Origin: an uncultured Nitrososphaerota archaeon
GTDB lineage: Archaea; Thermoproteota; Nitrososphaeria; Nitrososphaerales; Nitrosopumilaceae
Length of the DNA stretch: 64,000 bases
NCBI GenBank assembly: GCA_963701075.1
Contig: OY969559.1
Coordinates: forward strand, 1,568,001-1,632,000
Direction: 5' to 3'
Both the position numbers and the translations under genes were made by a program. Position 1 is the stretch's first letter. Each line of letters begins with the position of its first letter. A model generated the notes under the pieces. It saw only the letters and a list, made by a program, of their open reading frames with translations, was not told the DNA's origin and did no database searches. Positions 40,842 to 51,595 of the stretch are shown piece by piece.

Positions 40842-41532
40842 CTTTTATCAATATAGATCTATCGGTGGACTCTGCAAGCTCTGGATTGTGTGTGACCATT
40901 ATTATTGTACGTTTGAACTTGTGTGACAATGTCTTGAGCATCTCAAAGACATCATCTCCGGTTTTTGTATCAAGATTACCGGTAGGTTCATCTGCCAAAA
41001 CTATAGTAGGATTATTTACTAGAGACCTAGCAATTGCTACCCTTTGTTGCTGACCTCCGCTGAGATTAACTGGCTTTTGCGATGCCTTGTCTGCAATTCC
41101 CAAAGCTTCCAAGATTTTCATTGCACGCATGTTGGCTTCAGACCCAGCCATGCCAGATATTGTTCCCGGCAATTTTACATTCTTTAGAACCGTTGTCCTG
41201 TTGATAAGGTTGAACGACTGGAAAATAAATCCGATATGACTGTTTCTTAGCGTAGCTATTTCAGAATTGCTCAAAGAGAAGATGTCGATTCCATCGATAT
41301 AGACATTGCCGGTAGTAGGCCTGTCTAGAGCACCTATCATATTGAGAAGAGTAGATTTACCGCTACCGGAAGGCCCCACTATGGAAACAAACTCGCCTTT
41401 TTTCACAGTGAAGTTAATGTTGTCCAAGGCTACAACTTTTCCCGCAACAGAGTCAAATATCTTGGATAAATTTTTGACTCCAAGCGCTATTGAGCTTGAA
41501 CGGACATCAAGCTCTGTTGATTCGCTTACCAT
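40810..41532 (-). CDS. LolD/MacB-type ABC ATPase
   Basis: GPSGSGKST, GFIFQSFNL, LSGGQQQRVAIAR and DEPTGNLD; likely start MVSES 41532. Confidence 0.95.
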   Translation of the reverse strand: MVSESTELDVRSSSIALGVKNLSKIFDSVAGKVVALDNINFTVKKGEFVSIVGPSGSGKSTLLNMIGALDRPTTGNVYIDGIDIFSLSNSEIATLRNSHIGFIFQSFNLINRTTVLKNVKLPGTISGMAGSEANMRAMKILEALGIADKASQKPVNLSGGQQQRVAIARSLVNNPTIVLADEPTGNLDTKTGDDVFEMLKTLSHKFKRTIIMVTHNPELAESTDRSILIKDGRIERDVTN

Positions 41533-41877
41533 TTTAGCAGAATTGGATGTGGTACCTGATTTATCTCTATTCAAAATGCTCGATACACTCCAGATTGCCT
41601 TTTGTAGTATAATTAAATGACTTTGCAAAAAATTTATCAAGATTGTGAAAAAAATAATCATCATATGAATTACATGCTAGCAGTGATTTTGCCATTAGAA
41701 CAGGTTTGGCATTTATGTCAAGATAGTTTGCGTGGGCACCTCTACCAAAGGAGCATATACTAAGATCACAGGGGTTGTGAAAAACTCTCATTTCCTCCAC
41801 AGTAGAACTCAAAATCATGCCCACACTCACAGTTAAGCTGGAGGAATTAAATAATTGTCAAACTTTGTTCAGGAACA

Positions 41878-42276
41878 TTGTTACTGCAAACACAACAATC
41901 AAGAATAGATCCTACAAAAATATTATGTAAAAGCTTAATACAGAATTTTACTTCCAACAAGGCGATATCCTTGTCGCATGAGTATCGTGATCGGATCTAT
42001 ATAAGAAAGGATATACTTTTGAAACTCACAGAATTTGGTGAACTTAATCAAACAAATCTGCTAAGCTATTGTGGTTTAAACTTGATGAAACATAAAGACA
42101 TACTAGAAAGTCTGGAACGAAAAGGCTTCATAACAAGGACAGAGATACCCTGGGGAAACAAGAAGGTCATAAAATACTCAGTTACAGAAAAAGGCTTGCA
42201 ATTCTGCAAGTTGGTTTTAGAGCCTTATGAGGAGATCTTTCCAAGAAGTGAGAAACATGTTCGGGAACAAAGTTAG
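41878..42276 (+). CDS. Winged-helix regulator (HTH_45-like), divergent from the ABC operon
   Basis: YRDRIYIRKDIL...TNLLSYCGLN...YSVTEKG; true start probably ~41971. Confidence 0.85.
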   Translation: MLLQTQQSRIDPTKILCKSLIQNFTSNKAISLSHEYRDRIYIRKDILLKLTEFGELNQTNLLSYCGLNLMKHKDILESLERKGFITRTEIPWGNKKVIKYSVTEKGLQFCKLVLEPYEEIFPRSEKHVREQS

Positions 42277-42304
42277 CGAAATGCTTTATTTACACGTAAG
42301 GTAG

Positions 42305-42853
42305 TTGGTCATCAAATTGTCTAATCCAGATAAAGAACCAAATGAAGACGCAGGCAACAAAGAGTCTCCAGAAAACATGTTTAAAATGATAGATGATCTT
42401 CTTGCTCATACAAATAGTTCAAGGCGCATATTTCTCATCTTTATTGCGTCTGCCCTAATTTTTGCCCCTGTCGCACTTGTGACTGGAGGAATACTTCTAG
42501 GCCATCCACGATACAGCATAGCTAACCTGGAAAGACATCATGAAGAGATGGGTAATAACATGACCTTTGTTGGGAACATGACACACAATGGTACTCAGTT
42601 GTTTCTAGTTGAAAAGAACGGTAGTTCCATTATCAGAGAGATTCCTTTCCATCCTCCTCCTCTTCGCGCTATGCATCAAGACGCTCCAATATTCTTAGGC
42701 ATACAAGCGTTCATTTTCGTCTGCATAATATTTGCTGCAGTATTGCTCTTTGTTGCACTTAAGGAGTATAGCTTCTTTGCAAAGTGGAATGCAAGGTACA
42801 AGAGATACAAGTCAACGCAAGACAAGATAGATGACGAATTGGGTAAGGATTAA
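42305..42853 (+). CDS. Two-TM membrane protein
   Basis: Two hydrophobic helices with a His/Met-containing loop. Confidence 0.75.
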   Translation: MVIKLSNPDKEPNEDAGNKESPENMFKMIDDLLAHTNSSRRIFLIFIASALIFAPVALVTGGILLGHPRYSIANLERHHEEMGNNMTFVGNMTHNGTQLFLVEKNGSSIIREIPFHPPPLRAMHQDAPIFLGIQAFIFVCIIFAAVLLFVALKEYSFFAKWNARYKRYKSTQDKIDDELGKD

Positions 42854-43061
42854 ACAGTTATTTCCAATTGTCTTTTTCACCAAACGATTAACATATTCAT
42901 ATCCATCCAGATACCATTACAACAAAATTTAATTGGTATAATTTATGAAAATTTAATGTTAAAGGATATTTTCATAATGACATATTCATGCTCCCAGATG
43001 CTTTAATTATAAAATTAATAGGTTTTGATGATATGAGAGAGAATAGAACACTTTTGCTCTC

Positions 43062-43631
43062 ATGAGAGGGATCACTAACCTTGTTAACGAACAAGGTATC
43101 GCAACCCATTATAAATTGCATGACCAATGGTATGGTATAATGAACATACAAGAACTAAAGACCCATCAGAAACTGCTTGCTATGATTGTGGGCGTTGCAG
43201 TAATTGCCACAATAGGCGGCTCACTTGCATATGCACAGACAAACACTGGTTCAGGTCAAACACCAATACAGGGTTCAATCAACCTTCCACAGATGATACT
43301 ATCTAGTGTGAAGACTTCATTTACAACTGCTGCAACAACTGCTGCAGGTCAGGTAACTGGAGGACAAGTGCTATCAGGAGGTCTCAGAGACATACATGGC
43401 TCTGTTGTCTATGCCTTTAAGGTAACAGACGGCAAGAGTGTCTACTCTGTCATAGTAGATGCTGGAAACGGCGCTGTGCTCAAGACATCACAAGGACATC
43501 CATTAACGCTGGCTTCTCTTATCGGAGGCGGCATGGGTGGACATGGAAAAATGATGCACGGACACATGGGAATGTGGAAGAAACCAAGCAATAGTACAAC
43601 AACTGTTGCCCCAACTGACTTTCAAGAATAG
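43062..43631 (+). CDS. Secreted PepSY-domain protein with a Met/His-rich tail (likely start 43140)
   Basis: AATTAAGQV...VVYAFKV...VIVDAGNGAVL; tail GGMGGHGKMMHGHMGMW. Confidence 0.8.
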   Translation: MRGITNLVNEQGIATHYKLHDQWYGIMNIQELKTHQKLLAMIVGVAVIATIGGSLAYAQTNTGSGQTPIQGSINLPQMILSSVKTSFTTAATTAAGQVTGGQVLSGGLRDIHGSVVYAFKVTDGKSVYSVIVDAGNGAVLKTSQGHPLTLASLIGGGMGGHGKMMHGHMGMWKKPSNSTTTVAPTDFQE

Positions 43632-43718
43632 AATCTAGGAAGCCTTTTTTATTTTATTTTTATTTTTCATATTTTGTATTGGATAATCTTTAGAATATTT
43701 TTAGAATCTCTTATCGCA

Positions 43719-44489
43719 TCACTCTAATAATTTCTTTATTGTTGTGGAAGCCAGAGTTACAAAAACAACTGTGGCAATAAGTAACACAAGTATGTCAACG
43801 AGTAAATTTCCATACGCTCCAGAAAGAAGCATGGATCTGAGTGCATCCACTACATAACTGAGTGGATTTGCTATAGAGATATACTGAAGCCAGATAGGCA
43901 TTACAGAGATTGGATATATTGCGTTACTTGCAAAGAAAAGCGGCATGGTTAACGCTTGACCAATCCCCATCATCCTGTCTCGAGTTTTCAGATACGAAGC
44001 AAGAAACATTGAAAAACTTGAAAAACACATGGCAAATAGTATCACAACAGCAAAAACGCCTGCGATGTCAAGTGGGTCAAATCTTATTTTGACTCCAATT
44101 ATCAATGCCAAAGCAAATATCATTACGGCTTGAAAGACTCCCCTTATACCTGCAGCGAGTGATTTTCCCAAAACTATTGATGAACGCGGTGATGGGGTTG
44201 ACAGGAGTTTGGTAAGTATTCCTACGTCTTTCTCCCAGACTACAGTTATGCCATAGAAAATGGAAATAAACAAGACGGATTGTGCCAATATGCCAGGAGT
44301 GATGAATTGGATATACGAAAAATTACCAGATGGCATGGCTCTTATTGTGTTAAGGGTCTCTCCAAAAACAAGTAGCCAAAGCGCGGGTTGAATAATTCGA
44401 GTCCAAAGCTCAGTGGAATCATGACGAATTTTTCTTGCCTCCATCTCTGCAATTGTAATAGAACTAGAAAGAAATCTTCTGATGTTCAT
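43719..44489 (-). CDS. ABC-2 (DrrB-like) permease
   Basis: Six TM helices; YIQFITPGIL, PLFFASNAIYP and NPLSYVVDALR. Confidence 0.93.
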   Translation of the reverse strand: MNIRRFLSSSITIAEMEARKIRHDSTELWTRIIQPALWLLVFGETLNTIRAMPSGNFSYIQFITPGILAQSVLFISIFYGITVVWEKDVGILTKLLSTPSPRSSIVLGKSLAAGIRGVFQAVMIFALALIIGVKIRFDPLDIAGVFAVVILFAMCFSSFSMFLASYLKTRDRMMGIGQALTMPLFFASNAIYPISVMPIWLQYISIANPLSYVVDALRSMLLSGAYGNLLVDILVLLIATVVFVTLASTTIKKLLE

Positions 44490-45526
44490 CTTGCACGCCT
44501 CACAAAATCACGACGGGTTCTACGGGTGGCTTTGTACACATCATCTTCAAGTCTTCGCTTGGCATATTTCATAAAAACATCGTCCAAGTTTGCTTTGTTA
44601 ATTGAGATGGATTCAACCCTAATTTCATGGCCCCTAAAGAAATCTGCCATTAGTGGGATCGCTTCTTCGCCATTAGTTGTCAAAATCTGAATGGATTTTT
44701 CATTACGGTTTATGATGCAGCCTATCTCTTTTGGTAGCGACATGATTGAAGGAACAGATGCGAGATTCACGGTGACAATATCTCCCCCTACATTTCTTTT
44801 TAATTCCTCAGGTGTTCCCAAAATTGCTATCTTGCCTTCCGACATGATTGCTATTCTGTTGCAGAGCTCATCTGCTTCATTCATGTCATGCGTAGTGATT
44901 AAAATCGTAACACCGAACTCTTGATTTAATTGCTTGATGTTCTCCCATACTTGTTTTTTTGAGGAAGGATCAAGACCAATACTTGGTTCATCTAAAAGCA
45001 GAATCTTTGGCCGATTTACAAGAGCTTGTGCTATTTCTAGCCTGCGCATCATTCCTCCACTGTAACGCTTGACAATATCGTGTGCCCTACTTGAAAGATC
45101 CATGTATTCTAACGCATCTTTTATTCGCTCATTGCGTTCCATCTTATTTACATACGATAATTTAGAAAATATCAGTAAATTTTCATATGCAGTAAGATCA
45201 GTATCAACAGATATGCTCTGTGGTACATACCCAAGCATTTCTCTCACAGTTTCTGGCGATTTGAAAACATCTACTCCAAGTACATGCAATGTACCAGAGG
45301 TTGCTTTGGTGAGAGTTATTATCATCTTGATTGTAGTAGTTTTGCCTGCCCCGTTTGGACCAAGCAAGCCAAATATCTCCCCTTGTTTAACTGAGAAACT
45401 TATTCCATCCACTGCCCTAATGTTATCACGATAAACTTTTGTTAAACGGTCTGCCGTTATTGCATTTATTTCGGGCATGTTTGGATCATCAGAATCAGAA
45501 TTCATGAAAACATCAGTTGTTATCAC
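44486..45526 (-). CDS. ABC-2 (DrrA-like) ATPase
   Basis: GPNGAGKTT, YSGGMMRRLEIA, DEPSIGLDP and THDMNEAD. Confidence 0.95.
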   Translation of the reverse strand: MITTDVFMNSDSDDPNMPEINAITADRLTKVYRDNIRAVDGISFSVKQGEIFGLLGPNGAGKTTTIKMIITLTKATSGTLHVLGVDVFKSPETVREMLGYVPQSISVDTDLTAYENLLIFSKLSYVNKMERNERIKDALEYMDLSSRAHDIVKRYSGGMMRRLEIAQALVNRPKILLLDEPSIGLDPSSKKQVWENIKQLNQEFGVTILITTHDMNEADELCNRIAIMSEGKIAILGTPEELKRNVGGDIVTVNLASVPSIMSLPKEIGCIINRNEKSIQILTTNGEEAIPLMADFFRGHEIRVESISINKANLDDVFMKYAKRRLEDDVYKATRRTRRDFVRRAR

Positions 45527-45599
45527 ATGTGTTACATGTGTAATATAATAGAATCATATCAACTGTCAAACAGAGAACTACCATTTCATTCAAATTATA

Positions 45600-47048
45600 A
45601 TGCAATTAGAGACTAGCTGTATAAAGCGAGTTTACGAAATGGAGTACAAATGGATCGTCCTAACAAATACTACACTGGCAATTCTAATGGCATCACTTGA
45701 TGCCAACATTGTGATAATAGCTCTGCCTAAGATCTCTTCTGATCTTCACGCATCAATATTTGAGACAATATGGGTTGTTTTATCATATGGGCTTGTCACT
45801 ACTACTGTTCTTTTGAGTTTTGGCAGACTTGCGGACATGTTTGGCCGAGTCAAACTATACAATCTCGGTCTTATAGTATTCACAGTTGGCTCTGCCCTTT
45901 GCGGTTTTTCCAACTCGGGTCAAGAATTGATCCTATTTAGAATAGTCCAAGCACTTGGAGCAGCTTTTCTTTTCTCAAATAGTGCCGCCATACTGACCGA
46001 TGCATTTGACGTAAAAGAACGCGGAAAAGCACTTGGACTAAACCAAGTTTCCATAGTAGTAGGCTCTGTAACAGGACTTGTTCTTGGAGGTCTGTTAACT
46101 GATACACTTGGCTGGAGATCTATATTTTGGGTGAATGTTCCAATTGGAGTATTTGGAGCCATATGGTCTCACGTAAAGCTCAGAGAACTTGGAACAAAAA
46201 CCGGAGGCAGGATTGACTGGATAGGCAACTGCTTTCTAGCTTCTGGGTTAATCTTGCTTTTGCTTGGGCTAACACTTGGACCATTACAGATGTTATCGAA
46301 GATTGTAGAATTACTCATGATTTTTGGCGGTCTTGCATTGTTGATACTGTTTGTTTTTGCAGAGTCAAAGATTGATGATCCAATGTTTGACGTAAAACTA
46401 TTTAGGTTACGAATCTTTACCACTGGAAACTTTAGTGTGTTTCTCAATGCCATTGCAAGAGGTGCACTCATATTGATAATGACGTTTTACCTGGAAGGCC
46501 CCACCATGAAGCTTAGTGCGTTGGAAGCTGGGCTATACCTCATCCCTGTATCATTTACAATGGCAACGTTTGGCCCGATAAGCGGCTGGCTCTCTGACAA
46601 ATATGGTTCTAAATTTTTCATCATAGGTGGACTCTTGATCTCTGCGGTGGGATTTCTAATTCTCACTAGATTACAGCCGCATGAAAATTTTTCACATCTT
46701 TTGATACCACTTGTATTGGTGGGCTCTGGCATGGGCATGTTTGCAGCCCCCAACAGGACAGCCGTGATGAATTCAGTTCCAGCTCACAGAAGAGGTACTG
46801 CTTCTGGCATGACCACTACACTTGTAACTCTTGGCAACATCTTGAGTCTTGGATTATCATTTCTAATCATCACACAGACAGTTCCAATATCTGATCTTGA
46901 GGCAATCTTTACTGGCGGGAACGCCAATTTTACAAACGCAGTGAATTTTGTCAATTCTATTCACGTGATCTTTTTCTTATCTGCGGCAGTACTTTTTGCC
47001 TCAATAATTCCCTCGATAATTGAACGGCCCCCAAAACCACAAGATTGA
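45600..47048 (+). CDS. MFS drug:H+ antiporter (14-TMS, EmrB/QacA-like)
   Basis: DANIVIIALP, GRLADMFGR and WRSIFWVNVPIG. Confidence 0.93.
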   Translation: MQLETSCIKRVYEMEYKWIVLTNTTLAILMASLDANIVIIALPKISSDLHASIFETIWVVLSYGLVTTTVLLSFGRLADMFGRVKLYNLGLIVFTVGSALCGFSNSGQELILFRIVQALGAAFLFSNSAAILTDAFDVKERGKALGLNQVSIVVGSVTGLVLGGLLTDTLGWRSIFWVNVPIGVFGAIWSHVKLRELGTKTGGRIDWIGNCFLASGLILLLLGLTLGPLQMLSKIVELLMIFGGLALLILFVFAESKIDDPMFDVKLFRLRIFTTGNFSVFLNAIARGALILIMTFYLEGPTMKLSALEAGLYLIPVSFTMATFGPISGWLSDKYGSKFFIIGGLLISAVGFLILTRLQPHENFSHLLIPLVLVGSGMGMFAAPNRTAVMNSVPAHRRGTASGMTTTLVTLGNILSLGLSFLIITQTVPISDLEAIFTGGNANFTNAVNFVNSIHVIFFLSAAVLFASIIPSIIERPPKPQD

Positions 47049-47179
47049 GTACCTCTCAAGTTTCCAGAATATGTTTGGGTTCTCATGCTACGTTGAAGAA
47101 ATAGCCAAGTATATTTTTGTAGATTTTTTTAATTTTGCAAGCATGGCGTGCCTTTGTTTTAAAAAATTCTCAGACTGAT

Positions 47180-48265
47180 TTACACTCGTGGTGTAAATCT
47201 CAGTCTTGTCTTGGTTGAGATTGCAATTATTGATATGATTGCAATTGCAAGTACTATCGCTGCAATCGGGCCAAACTCTGGAATTACGATTGTACCGATT
47301 ATCTCTATTTGTGATGTCCCGTCTGTGAATGGAATTTGTAGCGTTCTAGCAGTAGCAGTATTGCTGGTCTCTTGGAATTGGTCGTTTTCTTGGCCATCAT
47401 TTAACACAAAGAACTGATCATCGCTGCCATCAGTCTTCTTTGCATCAATTAATGCTCTTGGCATGTTAATTGTCAGTGTACCATCGCCATTTGTCTGAAT
47501 TGATACAATTAGCGACTTGGAATTGGTGTCAGCTTTGATATCAAGAACTTTTCCATTTGTTATGCTATATGTTACTGACATGTTTGTACCATCTACAGGA
47601 ATGGTGGTTCCTGAAGAAACGTGCGAGCCTGAGAACTGGAATGTTGTTGTTGCAGACCTGTCTGGGCCGCCATACTGTACATATATTGAATATGCACCAG
47701 CAGCCTGCCACAATGCACCGCCTGCTGTAAGATCAGTAGAAAATGTCTTGTCAGATCCTATTGGAATTTGACTAATCGTTACAATATTTCCAACCGGATT
47801 TCTTAGAATGAGTGTAAGAGGGGTATCACCAAGATAATCTTTTGTTGAGCCTGAAATTACCATCTTGTCTCCATCATTATAAGATGATTGATCAGTTGTA
47901 ACTGTGACTACTGATGTAGGTAGACCCATGGACGCTATTGCAGATGAACTGCCAGATTCGTTTGTTATCAGATATGAAGGAGGGGGCAAATTAGTGGGAA
48001 CAGTATAATTGTAAATAGGATGAGCAAGTGAGCCCGGTGGCGCCGTATAATTAGAGCCCATATTCATGGCAGGGTTTGCAGTGGAATTAGAGCCCATATT
48101 CATGGCAGGGTTTGCAGTGGAATTAGAGCCCATATTCATGGCCGTGGAATTTGATGCCGTAGAATTAGAACCTGTAGAATTAGCCATCTGTGCAAATACT
48201 GGAGATATGCCAGCTGCACTTAACAAAATACCAAGTAACACTAGCCCTTTAACGCTAATTTTCAC
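47180..48265 (-). CDS. PEFG-CTERM surface protein with MNMGSNSTANPA repeats
   Basis: GTG 48265 lies ~25 nt after TATA (AATTGCTTATATA, shared with the 30805 paralog). 36-bp tandem repeat at ~48050-48140; IVIPEFG. Confidence 0.9.
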   Translation of the reverse strand: MKISVKGLVLLGILLSAAGISPVFAQMANSTGSNSTASNSTAMNMGSNSTANPAMNMGSNSTANPAMNMGSNYTAPPGSLAHPIYNYTVPTNLPPPSYLITNESGSSSAIASMGLPTSVVTVTTDQSSYNDGDKMVISGSTKDYLGDTPLTLILRNPVGNIVTISQIPIGSDKTFSTDLTAGGALWQAAGAYSIYVQYGGPDRSATTTFQFSGSHVSSGTTIPVDGTNMSVTYSITNGKVLDIKADTNSKSLIVSIQTNGDGTLTINMPRALIDAKKTDGSDDQFFVLNDGQENDQFQETSNTATARTLQIPFTDGTSQIEIIGTIVIPEFGPIAAIVLAIAIISIIAISTKTRLRFTPRV

Positions 48266-48379
48266 TAAGGACGAGTTTGTTTTCTCATATATAAGCAATT
48301 ACTAAAAATTAATTAATTCCTGAATGAATTGCAATTGGCAAAACTTTGCTCTGTTTTAGTTTTTTGCAGTACCCTACAC

Positions 48380-49585
48380 TCACAATGCCCCAAACTCTTT
48401 AGTCCATTTATCGTATTTATCCAGCATGGCATCGTTGACACTGGGCTTTCGTCTTGCAATGACATCCTCAAAGTCTTTTGTTGATATACTTCTAGGTTGA
48501 GAACCACCGGCGATGTCCTTTTTCTGTGAATCCATTTTTTCGAAAAACTCATCAATTATTTGTAATTGAGTGGACTGACAGATGTCTTTGATGTCACTTG
48601 CACTATAACCAGATGTAGCGGCAGAAAGCTTTTTCAGATCTATCGAGCCTTCGCTTTTTATTTTTGAAATATAAAGAGAAAATAAATTTTCCCTTGCTTC
48701 AAGAGAAGGAAGTGGAATGTAGATCCTCTTTGTAAATCTTCGAAGAAAAGGCCAATCCAAATTCCATGGCTTGTTTGTGGCAGCCATCACATACATCTGA
48801 ATATCTTTTCCCTTGCTGTTTATGCCATCCATCTCTGTGAGAAACTGGTTTTTTACTCTCACTTCTCCACCGTTTTCACTTTGTGTGTCTCCAAGAAGTG
48901 AGTCAACCTCGTCTATAAGCATGATAACAGGATTGTTTTTTGATGCATAGCCTCGCGCCATAGTGAATAGCTTTGACACATTCTTCTCGGCTTCTCCTAA
49001 CCATTTGTTCATCACAGATGCCGCATCTACATTTATGAAATCTCCTTGTATCTCGCTAGCAGATGCAGCTGCGAGGAGAGTTTTGCCACACCCAGGAGGT
49101 CCATACAAGAGAATCCCTCTTGGCCAACCAAGAGTAAACAAGTCTGGTCTTCTGGTCGGATAAACTATTGATTCGCGTAGCGCTCTTTTTGCGTCTTCAT
49201 GACCTATTACCTCAGTCCAGCTAACATTTGGTTTTTCTTTAAGTATCATCTTGTCCATTTCGCCTCCACGGACAGGTGCGTTTGTAGTAGACCCTGATTT
49301 CATGTCAGAACTTGGCTTTGCATCAGAGCTTGGCCTGGCATCAGAGCTTGGAGTGGATTCATGGTATCCGCGTAGCGAGTTTATCTTAGACTGGTATACA
49401 TTACAACGGTCTTTGTATATCGTATTTATCGGATTTTCAGGAAAAAGTTGAATCATTTTAATGAGTGCGTCAACAGCTCTTTGATAGTTTGCAACTGCCA
49501 TGCCGTTTGCACCTGCCTCTTCTTGCTTTATCGCTTCTGCCGCATGCTTGCTAGCTATGGCTTCTAATTCTACTACAGCACTCAT
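48380..49585 (-). CDS. Vps4/CdvC-like MIT + AAA ATPase
   Basis: N-terminal MIT (AAEAIKQE...YQRAVDAL), GPPGCGKT, MNKWLGEAEK, IDEVD, ATNKPW and RRFTKRIYIPLP. Confidence 0.9.
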   Translation of the reverse strand: MSAVVELEAIASKHAAEAIKQEEAGANGMAVANYQRAVDALIKMIQLFPENPINTIYKDRCNVYQSKINSLRGYHESTPSSDARPSSDAKPSSDMKSGSTTNAPVRGGEMDKMILKEKPNVSWTEVIGHEDAKRALRESIVYPTRRPDLFTLGWPRGILLYGPPGCGKTLLAAASASEIQGDFINVDAASVMNKWLGEAEKNVSKLFTMARGYASKNNPVIMLIDEVDSLLGDTQSENGGEVRVKNQFLTEMDGINSKGKDIQMYVMAATNKPWNLDWPFLRRFTKRIYIPLPSLEARENLFSLYISKIKSEGSIDLKKLSAATSGYSASDIKDICQSTQLQIIDEFFEKMDSQKKDIAGGSQPRSISTKDFEDVIARRKPSVNDAMLDKYDKWTKEFGAL

Positions 49586-49804
49586 ACCTACAGTAATCTG
49601 TTCATACGGCTCAAAATCATAAAATGTGAAGGTATATGCAATCATTTGTTAAATTAATTACATTCAATTCGTTCAGCAAACCCAAAAAGAACACTTTAGG
49701 TCTAATTAATTAAAACGAGTTTTCTCCCTTTTTATGATATGTGTATATTTCAGAGAAGAATTAGATGAAAGAATATCTGTCGTCAGTATTGATCACCTAT
49801 CAAT

Positions 49805-51412
49805 CTAGAGTTTCTGAAAAATACTCTCTATCATGGAAATTATATTACTGAAAATTTCTTCTGGTGTGTTTACCACTTGATTTATCGCTGCTACAGAACT
49901 AGTTTGCTTCTGGTTTGAGCTTGGAGCAGATGTTGTAGACGGAGTTGATTGAGTGGTTGATGGGGTAGATGAGGAGGATGATGGAGTTGATGTAGACGGA
50001 GTTGATTGAGTGGTTGATGGGGTAGATGAGGAGGATGATGGAGTTGATGTAGACGGAGTTGATTGAGTGGTTGATGGGGTAGATGAGGAGGATGATGGAG
50101 TTGATGTAGACGGAGTTGATTGAGTGGTTGATGGGGTAGATGAGGAGGATGATGGAGTTGATGTAGACGGAGTTGATTGAGTGGTTGATGGGGTAGATGA
50201 GGAGGATGATGGAGTTGATGTAGACGGAGTTGATTGAGTGGTTGATGGGGTAGATGAGGAGGATGATGGAGTTGATGTAGACGGAGTTGATTGAGTGGTT
50301 GATGGGGTAGATGAGGAGGATGATGGAGTTGATGATAGAGCGGACGACGATACAGATAATGAAGATGTACCAGAGCTGCCTGAATGACTAGAATCTCCAG
50401 CATAGGTAGCAGTTATTGTTATGCCGCTAGATGAGGCGGTGGGCGGGGTATATGTCAAAGCACATTGGTTATTTGCAAGTATACACACATTTGGACTAAA
50501 AATTCCTCCTGCGCCGTTATCACTCCATGATATGATACCGATCGTAGAGGAAGACGGATTTGAAGTGTCAGCAACAGTTGCAGTTACAGTCATCGCAGTG
50601 CCCGGAGTAAATGTTTCAGAATTTGGTGTAACCGTAGTGGTTGTTGCATCAAGCTGGCTTGTCGATATTTGCGATGTGGCTGAGCTGCTTAAATGAGTAC
50701 TATCACCTGAATAGGTAGCATTGATTGTAATTGCATTTAGAGGATTTGTAGAGGTAGCATACGTTGTTACGCATGTTCCTGATGGCAATGCACAAGAAGA
50801 TGGATTGAATGTACCACCAGCATTATTGTCACTAAACGAAATAGTGCCTGAAAGTGCAGTAGGTGAGCTTGATGTATCACTTGCTTGAACTGTAAATGTC
50901 AATGTTCCATTGGAAGGCAGGACGGCGGAATTTGGCGTAATAGTTGTACTTGTAAGATCAAGTTGGTTTGTTGTCAGAGTTGATGTTCCACTACTTGTGG
51001 CGTGAGTTGAATCACCTCCATAACTTGCGGTTATTGTAACTGAAGAAGAGCTGGCGGAAGGAGTGTATGATGTGGTACAGCTACCCGATGACAATGCACA
51101 TGCTGGTGGGTTAAATGTGCCTCCTGCACCATTGTCAGTCCATAGCATGGTTCCGGTAGGGGTAGCAGATAGGTTTGAGGTATCACTAACAGTTACAGTA
51201 AGTGTTACAGATGATCCAGGATTTGCCGTAGCTGAATTTGGCGATACAGTGACAGTTGTAGAATCTTGAGTGTTGGAAACAGATGTACTATTGCTGTCGG
51301 TAAATACAATACTGCCATTATCTGCCATTGCCGGAAGAACAGTAAAGCCGCCTAAAAGCGATGAACCCAATATGCAAAATATAAGAAAAAATGGAATCAC
51401 GGAATTTCGCAT
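49805..51412 (-). CDS. Secreted protein with three Ig-like domains and a Ser/Thr/Pro tandem-repeat stalk
   Basis: Signal peptide from MRNSVIPFFL; three 'DNGAGGxFxPxxCxLxxxxC...ITATYxGDSxH' domains. Confidence 0.88.
   Translation of the reverse strand: MRNSVIPFFLIFCILGSSLLGGFTVLPAMADNGSIVFTDSNSTSVSNTQDSTTVTVSPNSATANPGSSVTLTVTVSDTSNLSATPTGTMLWTDNGAGGTFNPPACALSSGSCTTSYTPSASSSSVTITASYGGDSTHATSSGTSTLTTNQLDLTSTTITPNSAVLPSNGTLTFTVQASDTSSSPTALSGTISFSDNNAGGTFNPSSCALPSGTCVTTYATSTNPLNAITINATYSGDSTHLSSSATSQISTSQLDATTTTVTPNSETFTPGTAMTVTATVADTSNPSSSTIGIISWSDNGAGGIFSPNVCILANNQCALTYTPPTASSSGITITATYAGDSSHSGSSGTSSLSVSSSALSSTPSSSSSTPSTTQSTPSTSTPSSSSSTPSTTQSTPSTSTPSSSSSTPSTTQSTPSTSTPSSSSSTPSTTQSTPSTSTPSSSSSTPSTTQSTPSTSTPSSSSSTPSTTQSTPSTSTPSSSSSTPSTTQSTPSTTSAPSSNQKQTSSVAAINQVVNTPEEIFSNIISMIESIFQKL
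49934..50334. repeat. Perfect 57-bp tandem repeat, ~7 copies (TPSSSSSTPSTTQSTPSTS)
   Basis: Identical units start at 49941, 49998, 50055, 50112, 50169, 50226 and 50283. Confidence 0.95.
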
Positions 51413-51595
51413 GTTTCGTTTACCATGTGCATTCCATTTATCGGATGTTACATGTCTGTTTTTCTCATACATCTGTTCCCTGAAAGGAATTTTGAGATAA
51501 TATGACCCGTTGTAGAACCTTGGTAACTTGTATGTGAAGATTTTTACAAACAGATGATGAAAGCTTGATTGCAATTGTCATTTCCACCAAAATAT

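Noticed and set aside
42943-42977. TTATGAAAAT/ATTTTCATAA inverted repeat
   Set aside because: Very AT-rich context makes chance likely; no second instance seen.
49934-50334. CRISPR array
   Set aside because: Contiguous identical in-frame units without spacers; it is a coding repeat.
49891-50403. His/Pro/Leu/Gln-rich 170-aa ORF
   Set aside because: Alternative frame of the Ser/Thr tandem repeat.
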